Assembly (NCBI GenBank): GCA_002269645.1
Contig: NIVC01001635.1
Span: 124,001 to 188,000, forward strand
Source: Macrostomum lignano
Taxonomy: Eukaryota
DNA: 64,000 nucleotides
Reading direction: 5' to 3'
The stretch's first letter is position 1. The number at the start of each line of letters is the position of its first letter. Positions 23,434-36,730 of the stretch are shown piece after piece. A model generated the notes under the pieces. That model made no database searches. It saw only the letters and a program-made list of their open reading frames with translations, and had not been told where the DNA came from. The position numbers and the translations under genes were made by a program.

Positions 23434-26400
23434 ATGGGGTAAGTGAATATTTTTAATATTATCTTGTGATTCTTGTTAAAGATATATCAATATTAATGGA
23501 CAATATGATAACTATTATTATTTAATTCTTGATATAAGACATTTCCAGCTTTTATCCTTTGACATGAAGACTAGCCTTTAAAATCCAGAAACACCATATT
23601 AATATAAATAAATACATATATAAGTAGTAATATCTATTTAATTAGGGTGAAATCCAAAAATTGGGGCAAGTTTTATGAAAATTCGTTATTTGGCAATTTG
23701 AAAGCAATAAAGCTATAAAATAAATTTTTTCAAGTTTTTAAAAGGTAAAAAAGTCTATTAAAGCACAAATTATTTTCGTATAGCTTTATTTTTAATAAAA
23801 TGATTTGTTAAAATGGTAAGTTTAATTACGACCTAAAATGAGTTGAATGAAAATGATAAAAAAGCTATAATAATATATTTTATTAACTTTAACTATCTTA
23901 TAATGTTACACTCTATAATTCTACAACATATTTAACATTATTTTCAAGGGTTTATTTGTTTATCACTTATATTACTCTTGACAACGTGTGTTTTGTAGAG
24001 TTTGTTTGCAATAAATTGTATTCAACGTAAGTTTATTATTTAAACATACAAATTCCTGTAAGGATCGGAAAATTTCATTTTACTCAGCTTCTACTAAAGC
24101 GATTTGGAAAATTCTTTTTTTCCTGCATACACGCCGCGATGATACATGTTTTAGTGTAAATTCATTGTTCTTCGTTGCTTAATGAGCATACAGTAAGCAT
24201 CTAATTTGGAAGCCGGGTAACACATTGGAATTCCCATAAGGATTAGAAAATTGCATTTTACTCAGCTTCTACTGAAGCAATTTGGAAAATTCTTTTTTCC
24301 TGCATACACGCCGCGATGATACATGTCTTAGTTTAAATTCATTGTTCTTCGTCGCTTAATGAGCATACAGTAAGCATCTGATTTGGAAGCCGGGTAACAC
24401 ATTGGAATTCCCATAAGGATTGGAAAATTGCATTTTACTCAGCTTCTACTGAAGCAATTTGGAAAAATCTTTTTTTCCTGCATACACGCCGCGATGATAC
24501 ATGTTTTAGTTTAAATTCATTGTTCTTCGTTGCTTAATGAGCATACAATAAGCATCTGATTTGGAAGCCGGGTAACACATTGGAATTCCCATAAGGATTG
24601 GAAAATTGCATTTTACTTAGCTTCTACTGAAGTGATTTGGAAAATTCTTTTTTTCCTGCATACACGCCGCGATGATACATGTTTTAGTGTAAATTCATTG
24701 TTCTTCATCGCTTAATGAGCATACAGTAAGCATCTGATTTGGATGCCGGGTTCACATTTTGTGGTACCATTTTTTACCCAAAATTTTGAAGTCTAAATAT
24801 AGGCATATTACAAATACTAATACTATACAAGTTGATATTTAAATGAAAGAAAACAACTTAAAGATTATTTTGCAACAAGGAGTTAGCGATATATTTACTT
24901 TTAGAGAAAGATGTTTGCTGGCAAACTTTGCACTTTATATTAGTATGAATTTTCGCAAGTTTATATGGTTTTAGAAAAACTTTGAAATCCTTACAAATAC
25001 TTCATCTTTTTGAATTGAATAAAAAGTAAAACACAGATTACTTTCTGTTTTGTAAGTATTAAAAAAATTAGCCTTCTCTAAGGTCTACAAGTCTTAAAAT
25101 TAATTGTTTTATAATGAAAAAAGTGAAATAAAAAATTGCAAATTGGTCAACTCGGACTTTCAAAATGCTTTTTGTGGTTTTTTCTTATTTATTCAACAAT
25201 ATAAAGCATGAAAACAATAGTTTTTATCCAGAACTATTTTCTAAAGACTTATCTATCTTTCAAAAACCTTTTTAGATACATTACTTTCCATCGAATGTCC
25301 GCAGATTTGTTTTACCATTTTATCCCACATTTTTGGATTTTGCCTTAGACAAATAACAAATTGGCTATTTGTCTAGTATAATAACCGGATAAATAGTGAA
25401 ATGTCTATTTATCTAATAACTGGACAAATAACCACATTGCTATTTGTCTAGCCACTGGACAAATAACAATTGCTTGTTTTTACATCTCTTCTTTGTTCTT
25501 TTATCTTTCTTATCTCTTATTTTCTTTCATTTTTGTCTTTTATCTAGTCTATACCAATAAGCTAGATTCTTTACCTAGCCTTCAAGATTTAAAGGTTTGC
25601 CAACCTCAAGTCTAAAGTCTCAAAAAGTAGCTAGGTGATATCACCTATTAGCTAGCTAATATAGTGTATATCCTTTAGCTGCTTTAATCTTTTAATTAAA
25701 GGGTTAAAATTTCTATGGTTTGTCTAATTTAATTGGTTTATACTATATCACTTTAAAAAAAACAATTCATAAACTATGCCTCATCTGCTAATAATATTGA
25801 TTGTCATTTTCTTGATTCCCTATTAAACTTGCAATGTTAGGCCTAAGATTATAGATAAGAATTTTCACTAAAGTACTATTGCTATCTATAGCTTTTCTAT
25901 AAAAGGACAAAATATAGTTATTCTAGAACATTGCTATGTAAACTGAGCCCTATCACCTGACCCTTTGGTTTGAGTCTTGAAATTTTAGATGATTTCCAAA
26001 ATAGTTAAATATTATGTCAAATTTGAATAGGATTGGTAAAAAAGAATGCTGCTATAAAGTATTCAGTGAATAAAAGTCCTTGTTATCAGTTTTTTGCATT
26101 TTTAGGTACAAAAACTTAGATTTAGAAAATTTGAAGGTCACTTAAGATATTTTACATAATGAGTTTTAGGTGGATAAAAATGGTATTATTTGATAAAATG
26201 GTTTGGTAGTCTACAGTGAGAAAATTTGTATAAGAGACAGACATATAGTTTTTATTTTTCTAGGTATAGACATGTAATACAATTATTATCTATCAAAAAT
26301 ATTTAATTAGGCTAACAAAGTATATTTTCTATTGGTTGGGCCCCTTGCCAGCTAGCCAGATCAGCTGGGTCAGCTGGGTGTTATGCATGTATGGTTGATA

Positions 26401-29400
26401 TTGTAGCTGAAAAATGACTAGGTTTTCTTTAATTATCTAAATCTGCTATCTTTACACTGTTTGCACATAATTAGCTTTTAAATGTTTTAAAAAAAAACAA
26501 AAATTATTATATTTTTACTTACAGTATCTTTAGTTTAAATGAGATTGATGTGTAACCTATAATTTATATTTATTAAGATTGAATACTTAGATAGTTGCCT
26601 ATTTTCCCCATTAGCATTTTACAAACAGACTAGCAATCTAGTGCCCCCCTTTGGGGCGCATAAAAATTATTCATGCAAATCCAATAAAAAGCACATTTTC
26701 TTAAAAATCTATTCCTGCTTCATTTATTTAAATCACATTATTTGAGTAAAATGTCACAGACAAAGATGTTTGCTAAAAATCTCTTTTTTTCTAAAAGTAA
26801 CGAAAATACAACAAAATAAAGCCTTCACAAAGATAGCAGGCATTCCCCCTAAATAGAAGACATCCCCAAGACAGCAAGTATCCCCACAGATAGAAAGCAT
26901 CCCCCAGATAGCAATGCTAGGAAAATTTGTGCTTTTATAATTATGTAAAATTTTAATAGTTTAGTTATATATTAAAAATGTAGTTATGCGCCATGCATAT
27001 GACATCATACATAACATATCTCTTATCCTCAAACCTGTCCAGGGAGTCGCCAATTTACACATGCACCGCTCACGTTTTCACAATCGACCCCAAGACTAAG
27101 AAAACTTGGCTACCGGCCAGCAATCAGGGTATTAAAGTGTCATTTTTCTTTGACAAATCTCGTGAACAGTATCGCATACTCAGCATAGATGACACAGCCC
27201 AGGATCCAACTCGCAAGATGCCTATCAACAGCATCATGACTGAGAAGATGTCGTTTAAAAAGACTTCTCAAAAATTTGGCCAATGGGCCGACACGAACTC
27301 TGGTACAGTCTATGGCCTGGGCTTCACTAATGAGGCTGAATTGGACAGGTGAGTTTATCCCACCTTTATATTTGGAGTTTTTATCCCATCTTCATATTTA
27401 GAGCTTTAATCCCATCTTGATATGTTGGAATTTTATCTTATTTTCATATGTAGGGATTTTTATCCCATCTTCATATTTTGCGGTTTTATCCCATCTTCAT
27501 AATTAGAGATTTTATCCCATCTTCATATTTAGGGATTTTATCCTATCCCCAAGAATAGGGATTTCTCTCACCCGCCCTCTTCCCCAGATTCGTGGAGCAG
27601 TTCTGTCAAGCTCTGGATCACACGCGCCGTCTGCGTAAGCAACAGCCGCAGCCGTCGCATCAAGTTTTCGGTGGCGGCGGCGGAGGAAGTTTGTCAGCAG
27701 AATACGAGCAGCCAATGCAACAGCAGCACTCGCAGAGTGGAGGTGAAAACTCTCTGGGCAGCAGTGATGATGTCGAGCGGTTGGCTGCCCAGCTTCAGCA
27801 GGCTAATTTGAATATGCAGAAATTAGAGCGAGAGAACCAGGCACTGCGGGCTGGGGCCAGGGCTGTGAGTGTTTGGTTTATCTAGTGCCTCTATTCTCTT
27901 CTTGTCTCTTCTCCCCTGTCTGCCTCTCGCCCCCCCCCCTGTCTCCCTCTCTTCTCCCTCCCTGTCTGCCTCTCTTCTCCCTCCCTGTCTCCCTCTTCTC
28001 CCTCTCTTCTCCCTCCCTGTCACCCTCTTCTCCCTCCCTGTCTCCCTCTCTTCCCCCTCCCTGTCTCCCTCTTCTCCCTCCCTGTCACCCTCTTCTCCCT
28101 CCCTGTCTCCCTCTCTTCTCCCTCCCTGTCTCCCTCTTCTCCCTCTCTTCTCCCTCCCTGTCTCCCTCTTCTCCCTCCCTGTCTCCCTCTTCTCCCTCCC
28201 TGTCTTCCTCTTCTCCCTCCCTGTCTCCCTCTTCTCCCTCCCTGTCTCGCTCTTCTCCCTCCCTGTCTCCCTCTCTTCTCCCTCCCTGTCTCTCTCTTCT
28301 CCCTCCCTGTCTCCCTCTCTTCTCCCTCCCTGTCTCCCTCTCTTCTCCCTCCCTGTCTCCCTCTCTTCTCCCTCCTTGTCTCCCTCTCTTCTCCCTCCCT
28401 GTCTCCCTCTCTTCTCCCTCCCTGTCTCCCTCTTCTCCCTCCCTGTCTCCTTCTCTTCTCCCTCCCTGTCTCCCTCCGTTCTCCCTCCCTGTCTCCCTCT
28501 CTTCTCCACCCCTGTCTGCCTCTCTTCTCTCCCTGTCACCCTCTCCTCCCCTGTCTGCCTGTCTTCTCCTTGTCCACATTTAAATCGTCCTAATTAATGT
28601 TTTTTAAACTGCGAGTAATTGATTTTCCTGTGAAAGAAAAGTTTAACTCAGACAATTTGCTTTGATAAAAATAATTTCAGCCAGAATCCGATGTCAGAGT
28701 GGCCCAGTTAGAAAAGGAGAACTTTATGCTCAAGACTAGGATAAAGGTGAGCATGTGTTATTATTACTGCTCATATTTATCGTACTGTATTTTATCGTGT
28801 TTGCCGCGATGTTGCTTTCAATTGGGTTTTATTCTCAGGCTTAGATTTCCCTTGATACTTTGCTCCCTGGGTGACATTTCCTGTTTTCCCATCAAATCTC
28901 TTTTACTATCAAATCTCTTATTGAGATTTCCATTTTCTCATCAAAATCTTTGTCATCTTTGAAAGTTTTTTCCTTCAAATGATGGTGCAGCGCTCGAAAC
29001 AGATGATAGTCTGTAGGGGCCAAATCGGGGCTGTATGGTGGGTGGGGCAGCACTTCCCAGCCCAGATCTAGCAGCTTTTGCCGGGTCAAATTAGCGGTGT
29101 GCGGCCGCGCGTTGTCGTGAAGGAAGCTTGCTTTTCTTGCCCATGGCAACCTAAGGGTGATACTGTTTAGTTCAAAATATCTGGCCATAAGTGGGTGCTG
29201 AAAAGCAAATGACTTGGTTAGAATGACCACTTTCCTAACAACGTAATATTATTACCAATATATATTACTTGTCTCTGCCAAGACCCCTCTTCACCCCTAC
29301 CGTTGCCATAGCAACTAGAGGACACGGTGACTCAGCTTGATCAGCAGTTAAAAGACGCCCCAGCGCTGGCCTCGGAGCTGCAGCGCCGGCTGCACGAAGC

Positions 29401-29464
29401 AGGCGATTTGGCTGCCCAGCTGGTGAAGTCCACGGCTGCTGGCGGTGGCCACGGGAAATATTGA
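23434..29464 (+). CDS. HOMER: Homer scaffold protein (EVH1 domain + coiled coil)
   Basis: Exons 23434-23438 (ATG GG|gtaagt), 27043-27348 (ESPIYTCTAHVFTIDPKTKKTW...KTSQKFGQWAD...VYGLGF), 27588-27864, 28681-28746 and 29312-29464; phases join correctly. The last-exon end is less certain. Confidence 0.92.
23645..25345. mobile_element. Non-autonomous DNA transposon (imperfect TIRs, TA/TTA flanks) in Homer intron 1
   Basis: GGGTGAAATCCAAAAATTGGGG at the left versus CCCACATTTTTGGATTTTGCCT at the right; both flanked by (T)TA. Confidence 0.55.
24059..24750. repeat. ~178-bp tandem repeat, 4 copies
   Basis: Unit ...CTGCATACACGCCGCGATGATACATG...GGAAGCCGGGTAACACATTGGAATTCCCATAAGG recurs at ~178-bp spacing. 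Confidence 0.93.
27900..28570. repeat. CT-rich low-complexity minisatellite (CTCCCTCCCTGTCTCCCTCTT variants), Homer intron 3
   Basis: Direct reading; the overlapping ORFs are low-complexity artefacts. Confidence 0.95.
28900..29165 (-). mobile_element. Mariner (DD34D) transposase C-terminal fragment in Homer intron 4
   Basis: FLHDNARPHTANLTRQKLLDLGWEVLPHPPYSPDLAPTDYHLFRAL, the hallmark HDNARPH and YSPDLAP-D motifs. Confidence 0.92.
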
Positions 29465-29589
29465 TAATAATTATGTTCCTCATTGGCATTAGAGATTTTG
29501 CTGAGTTGCTAGAAACAGAATTTCTATCCTATTGTGGCAGTTTTTTATACATAAATTACCTGATTGATCGCTTGTTCTGCGCTTCGTAG

Positions 29590-29996
<407 letters not shown>

Positions 29997-30294
29997 TGTC
30001 TGGGTAGTCTGGCTGTATATTCTTCTGTATTACCCGTGACTCTTTCCTTAACGCGTTGTGTCTTAAGGTATATACCAAATAATTTCTCATATTGTACTTA
30101 ATTAAATATGTTTATTTTCTTAAGTGTATCTATTTATCTCTATTGCACGCACATAAAGATATTGATTGAATGCTCGATATTTTACCCCTGTTTTTCTGGG
30201 CTTGGTAACCGTTATTAGTTAAAGTGTTTTATAATCCCTTTAAAAATGCGGCTATCTGTTGTATCTACCGTTCTGCAGTTATCATGGCAGATCG

Positions 30295-30855
30295 TCAGTT
30301 GCTGGGCCAGCCTCCCAGAGTGTCAGTTGCTGGGCCAGCCTCCCAGAGTGTCAGTTGCTGGGCCAGCCTCCCAGAGTGTCAGTTGCTGGGCCAGCCTCCC
30401 AGAGTGTCAGTTGCTGGGCCAGCCTCCCAGATCCTCAGTTGCTGGGCCAGCCTCCCAGATCCTCAATTGCTGGGCCAGCCTCCCAGAGTGTCAGTTGCTG
30501 GGCCAGCCTCCCAGATCCTCAGTTGCTGGGCCAGCCTCCCAGAGTGTCAGTTGCTGGGCCAGCCTCCCAGAGTGTCAGTTGCTGGGCCAGCCTCCCAGAG
30601 TGTCAGTTGCTGGGCCAGCCTCCCAGAGTGTCAGTTGCTGGGCCAGCCTCCCAGAGTGTCAGTTGCTGGGCCAGCCTCCCAGAGTGTCAGTTGCTGGGCC
30701 AGCCTCCCAGATCCTCAGTTGCTGGGCCAGCCTCCCAGATCCTCAATTGCTGGGCCAGCCTCCCAGAGTGTCAGTTGCTGGGCCAGCCTCCCAGAGTGTC
30801 AGTTGCTGGGCCAGCCTCCCAGAGTGTCAGTTGCTGGGCTAGCCTCCCAGATCCC
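30295..30855. repeat. 28-bp minisatellite (GTCAGTTGCTGGGCCAGCCTCCCAGAGT), family A
   Basis: About 20 copies with GAGTGT/GATCCT variants; same family inverted at 50505-51040. Confidence 0.95.
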
Positions 30856-31544
30856 CGAGTCTATGTACTCTCTGTGCAGATGTTTCTCATTTTACTTCTC
30901 TTTTGTCCTATGCTTCTACTAATCAGAAGATATTTAGGAAGGCAGTGACACTCTTCACCTGATATTTATTTTTAAACCCCGAGTAATATTTTGTATTTCC
31001 ATCTGTAGGCAGGTGTGTCTACATGTTTTTATGGTTAAAGCTATTTATAAAGAGAGGTTTCCATTTTAATGTTATAACATGTAGCAGGCATGATTTTCCT
31101 GTTTGCTAGTTGTTTTGTATTCTAGCTAAGTGGGATTGCTTACCTATCCTCTCGTCTGCCCTTGCAATCTTGTGCTGTTCTCCACTGTGCTCTTCATTTT
31201 GCAGTCTATAAATAAACAAATTATCTCTCCTGCTAGCCCTACCATAAATCTATATCGAATATTTTTGCGATTTTCAACTTCTCACTGTTAGTCAATACAA
31301 TTAAAAATTTTAAACCAATAAAAATTGTTTCATTTGTTAATCGCTTTAAACTATGATTTAAAGCCAGTGTCCCTTTAGTAATACATTTTTTATTTTGTAA
31401 TAAATTTTCTGAAATTTGTTTTTGATTGTCTGATTTAAACTTTTGATTGCCCAGACCTTTTCTGCCTTTTGTGTTCTTTTTCGAGTTTATAGTAATTGAA
31501 TAGGAAAAATAGAGTAAATCATGGCACGTCTGTCTTATTGAGCT

Positions 31545-32480
31545 GTCCGGTCCCGATTCCAGGAATCCCAATCCCGACTCAAAGATCCCAATCCCGATTC
31601 TAAGGATCCCAATCCCGACTCAAAGATCCCAATCCCGATTCTAAGGATCCCAATCCCGACTCTAAGAATCCCAATCCCGACTCTAAGGATCCCAATCCCG
31701 ACTCTAAGAATCCCAATCCCGATTTTAAGGATCCCAATTCCGACTCTGAGAATCCCAATCCCGACTCTAAGAATCCCAATCCCGATTTTAAGGATCCCAA
31801 TTCCGACTCTAAGGATCCCAATCCCGACTCTAAGAATTCCAATCCCGACTCTAAGAATCCCAATCCCGATTTTAAGGATCTCAATTCCGACTCTGAGAAT
31901 CCCAATCCCGACTCTAAGAATCCCAATCCCGATTTTAAGGATCCCAATTCCGACTCTAAGGATCCCAATCCCGACTCTAAGAATTCCAATCCCGACTCTA
32001 AGAATCCCAATCCCGATTTTAAGGATCCCAATTCCGACTCTGAGAATCCCAATCCCGACTCTAATAATCCCAATCCCGATTTTAAGGATCCCAATTCCGA
32101 CTCTAAGAATCCCAATCCCGACTCCAAGAATCCCAATCCCGATTATAAGAATCCCAATCCCGACTCTAAGAATCCCAATCCCGACTCTAAGAATCCAAAT
32201 CCCGATTTTAAGAATCCCAATCCCGACTCTAAGAATTCCAATCCCGACTCTAAGAATCCCAATCCCGATTCTAAGAATCCCAATCCCGATTTTAAGAATC
32301 CCAATCCCGACTCTAAGAATCCCAATCCCGATTCTAAGAATCCCAATCCCGATTCTAAGAATCCCAATCCCGATTCTAAGAATCCCAATCCCGATTCTAA
32401 GAATCCCAAGCCCGATTCTAAGAATCCCAATCCCGATTCTAAGAATCCCAATCCCCATTCTAAGAATCCCAATCCCCAAT
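31545..32480. repeat. 21-bp minisatellite (AAGAATCCCAATCCCGACTCT)
   Basis: About 44 copies. Confidence 0.95.
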
Positions 32481-33189
32481 CAGGATATCCATATTCGCAA
32501 ATCCCAAACAAAATTCGCAGAAGCCTCATTTTGATTTTTTAGTAAATCACCATAAATGAAAGTACTTTCAACTTATGTTCAGCACTGATTCACCTGCAGT
32601 TTTCTAATTAACGTAGTAATTACTGTACATATATTCTGTCCATAATGCCCTGTTTTATAGTAACCTAACCAGCAAATTTTTATCACTAAAAGTTATATTA
32701 TACAGTCGATACTAATATTGTACTTTTAAACTTTCTATAAAACTTCATAGTCAGAATTTCAACATCCAGTAATCCTTGAAGGAGCGGGTGGTACTCATAT
32801 TGGTGCTAGGGATATAGCATCAATAATGTTGATGAAATCTTTTGTTAACTTTGATTTTTTTATGTTTGATATTTAAATAAAAATCTTTTTTAAATTCAGA
32901 GTCTGATATTAAACTAATTATATTTCAGATACAATTCAAAGAATCTTCTAATTTTGCTAATTATTCAAGCAAGTCTAAATAATGCGCTGTTATCGGCATT
33001 AGCTAGTAAATAGCAAAGTTTATGTAAATTTATTATTAAGGAGTAATTTTGTTAATTGCTATTATATTTTCATAATGCTGATTGATTCTTTTATTGTTTT
33101 TAAATTTAGTTGAGAACATTTTGTTTAGTTTTTTAAACTGAATTAGAAATAGTTCTGATAATTCCCAATTCTGGAGTCCTAAATCCATG

Positions 33190-33840
33190 TTCTCAAATCC
33201 CATTCTCCCAAATCCAATCGTCCCACATCTCACAGTCTCAAATCCCATTGTTTCGAACCCAATAGTTCCAAATCCCATAATTTTGAATCCCATAGTCCCA
33301 AATCCCATGGTCTCAAATCCCAATGGTCTCAAATCCCAATAGTCCCAAATCCTATGGTCCCAAGTCCCATAGTCCTCGTGACTCGTAGTCACAAATCCAA
33401 TAATCACCAATCCCACAGTCCCAAATCTCAAGTCCCAAATCCCATAGTTTCAACTCCAATAGTCACAAATCCCACAGTCCCAAATCCCACAGTCCCAAAT
33501 CCCAAGTCCGAAATCCAATAGTCACAAATCCCATAGTCACAAATCCCATAGTCCCAAATCCAATAGTCACAAATCCCATAGTCCCAAATCCCATAGTCCC
33601 AAATCACAAATCCCATAGTCCCAAATCCCATAGTCCCAAATCACAAATCCCATAGTCCCAAATCCCATAGTCTCAAATCCCATAGTCCCAAATCACAAAT
33701 CCCATAGTCCCAAATCCCATAGTCTCAAATCCCATAGTCCCAAATCACAAATCCCATAGTCCCAAATCCCATAGTCCCAAATAAAAAATCCCATAGTCCA
33801 AAATCCCATAGTCCCAAATCCCATAGTCCCGAATCCAATA
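33190..33840. repeat. ~15-bp degenerate minisatellite (GTCCCAAATCCCATA)
   Basis: Direct reading. Confidence 0.9.
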
Positions 33841-33926
33841 ATTCCAAATCATTACAAGCCTAACCCCAATCCCAAATCGTGGATCTCAATCGCATTCCAG
33901 CAGCTCAGCTCAAGCAGAGATTCGCT

Positions 33927-34592
33927 ATGAACGGTGGTCCGCCGAATTTTGAGTCGCTTTTCCAACAAATGGACGAGATGATGCGCCAGCTGGATTCGTT
34001 CCTGCTTGGACCGGGCATGGACGACGCCAGGCACGACAACGGCTGGCAGTGGCCTCTGTTTCCTCGCTCGGAGCAGCCGCCTCTGAACAATCCCAACGAA
34101 TCGTCGGGCTCTTCAACCAATCCTCGAGATCGCCTGTTGAAGTCGACACCGGAGCCGAAATCGACGCTGCCGCCGGTTCCGTTGCCAGCTGATCGAAGAG
34201 ACGTCGACTTGGACAGCGAGCCTCGCTGGCGCCTGGGGGACGAGCCGTTCAGAGAGGATGCCGACGAGCCAGTGCTGCCGTCAAGAGACTTCAACAGCGG
34301 CGGCGGCGGCAGCTGGTTCAGCGGCCGGATGGAGCACTCGGTTCGAGAATCAGACGGCACAGTTCGTCGAACTGTCACCACGGTCGGTCCAGACGGACGG
34401 CGGAGTAGCGTCACCACGGTTGAAACTCCCGACGGTCGGGTGACGACTTCGACTACTGACGGGGAGCGCGATGGCGACCCCAGATCAGCTTTGACGCGTA
34501 GAGACGATCAGTGGCTGTTGGACCAGCAGCAGGAAAGCGACAGGCCGTCTATGAAGGGCCTTGGCTCTTGGTTCCGGTCCTGGTTTGGTTGA
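33927..34592 (+). CDS. HAX1: HCLS1-associated protein X-1-like (HAX1-like); start codon uncertain
   Basis: FESLFQQMDEMM, NPRDRLLK, RRDVDLDS, SDGTVRRTVTTVGPDGRRSSVTT and C-terminal LGSWFRSWFG follow the HAX1 motif order (LRDSMLK, DNDLDS, PDG...EERRTV, LGRWFRS). Confidence 0.7.
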   Translation: MNGGPPNFESLFQQMDEMMRQLDSFLLGPGMDDARHDNGWQWPLFPRSEQPPLNNPNESSGSSTNPRDRLLKSTPEPKSTLPPVPLPADRRDVDLDSEPRWRLGDEPFREDADEPVLPSRDFNSGGGGSWFSGRMEHSVRESDGTVRRTVTTVGPDGRRSSVTTVETPDGRVTTSTTDGERDGDPRSALTRRDDQWLLDQQQESDRPSMKGLGSWFRSWFG

Positions 34593-34829
34593 AACTTGAG
34601 AACTGCATTGAATAAATCTGTTAGATTAGATTGGAGGCCCAAGTTCAGAATGAACCCTGTCATTATTCATAGAATCATTTCTATAACTAACGCCATCTTC
34701 CAGGTATCCAGCTCTGTGAAATGGGTTCTGAATTACTTCAAAAGTCTCCGTGATTACCTTCCAGGATGGCCCTTCAATTGTCACATGAATCAGCTTTCAA
34801 GACCCATTAAAGTCGTCTGTAAACACCCT

Positions 34830-35825
34830 CAACGATCGCTGCTTAAACACCCCTCAACAATCACTGCTTAAACACCCCTCAACAATCACTGCTTAAACAC
34901 CCCTCAACAATCGCTGCTTAAACACCCCTCAACAATCACTGCCTTAAGACCCCTCAACAATCGCTGCTTAAACACCCCTCAACAATCACTGCCTTAAGAC
35001 CCCTCAACAATCGCTGTTTAAACACCCTCAACAATCGCTGCTTAAACACCCCTCAACAATCGCTGCTTAAACACCCCTCAACAATCACTGCTTAAACACC
35101 CCTCAACAATCGCTGCTTAAACACCCCTCAACAATCGCTGCTTAAACACCCCTCAACAATCACTGCCTTAAGACCCCTCAACAATCGCTGCTTAAACACC
35201 CTCAACAATCGCTGCTTAAACACCCCTCAACAATCGCTGCTTAAACACCCCTCAACAATCACTGCCTTAAGACCCCTCAACAATCGCCCTGAAACACCCT
35301 CAACAATCGCCCTGAAACACCCTCAACAATCGCCCTGAAACACCCTCAACAATCGCCCTGAAACATCCTCAACAATTGCCCTGAAACACCCTCAACAATC
35401 GCCCTGAAACACCCTCAACAATCGCCCTGAAACACCCTCAACAATCGCCCTGAAACACCCTCAACAATCGCTCTGAAACACCCTCAACAATCGCCCTGAA
35501 ACACCCTCAACAATCGCCCTGAAACACCCTCAACAATAACTGTTTCAACACCCTCAACAATCGCCCTGAAACACCCTCAACAATCGCCCTGAAACACCCT
35601 CAACAATAACTGTTTCAACACCCTCAACAATCGCCCTGAAACACCCTCAACAATCACTGTTTCAACACCCTCAACAATCGCCCTGAAACACCCTCAACAA
35701 TCGCCCTGAAACACCCTCAACAATCGCCCTGAACACCCTAAACAATCACTGTTTCAATATTCTCAACAATCGCCCTGAAACACCCTCAACAATTGCCCTG
35801 AAACACCCTCAACAATCGCCCTGAA
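34830..35825. repeat. 23-25-bp minisatellite (CCCTCAACAATCGCTGCTTAAACA grading into CACCCTCAACAATCGCCCTGAAA)
   Basis: About 40 copies in two sub-arrays. Confidence 0.95.
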
Positions 35826-36519
35826 ACATAAACTTATTAATCAAAGCTTATAACAAAACTTTTGTTAAACGCAAGATTTACAATTTATCCAGACTGAGTT
35901 TTTAGCTCAATTAATTTTGAGTTACTCATATCATTATGTGTCATGCCATCCTCATATCCCGTGTATGAAAGTATTTTGCATTTTATTGTTATCATCATCA
36001 CTGATCATATATGCATGCCAATGTCGTATTTATCACATGACAATGCCTAACTTTGCTGTGTTGCTGTGAAAAGTCAGTTATAACCTCTGTGGGCCGTCAT
36101 TTTCATATTTTAGAATTGCAGTCAAAGTCGAGTGCTATAAATAGAATCGCCTCTAAGTTCTGTTTACATTCTGCTGGATCACTTGCGAACGTATTGCCTT
36201 ATTTGGAGATTAATTTATAATCTAATGCTAATTTAGATTAAATCAATATAAAGTGATACTCAGTAGTGTATTTCAACCTTCCTTTTCTATTCTTCAAGCT
36301 GTACATTTGTACTTGCGGTCAGTTACAGTTTAACAGCCTTTTAGAGTCGAGCTGTCTATTTGCTGTCTATGATGCTGTCTATTTAAGCTACTTAATTCAT
36401 GTATCATCGGTAGTATTGCATAGAATGTGACAGTCTAAATCTAGCTATTTACATTTATAAGAAAAAAGAATGAAAGTGAAACTAGAAAATAGAAGGCAAA
36501 AATAGAGGCGATGATGCAA

Positions 36520-36730
36520 CTACGAGTAAATATACATCACAGGACAGATAAGGCTATGACGCAATCAAATGTACATCACATGGCTGATAAGACTATGGCG
36601 CAACTAAATGTACATCACAGGGCTGATAATACTATGACGCAACAAAATGTACATCACTGGGCTGATAATACTATGACGCAACTAAATGTACATCACAGGG
36701 CAGATAAGGCGATGGAGCAACTGCATGTAC
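36520..36730. repeat. 39-bp tandem repeat, ~5 copies
   Basis: TACATCACAGGGCTGATAATACTATGACGCAACTAAATG variants. Confidence 0.85.

Noticed and set aside
31545-33840. CCCAAT/CCCAAAT-rich arrays (and TTAGGG-like bits near 61340-61400) as interstitial telomeres
   Set aside because: The true periods are 21 and 15 bp and no run of perfect (TTAGGG)n is present.
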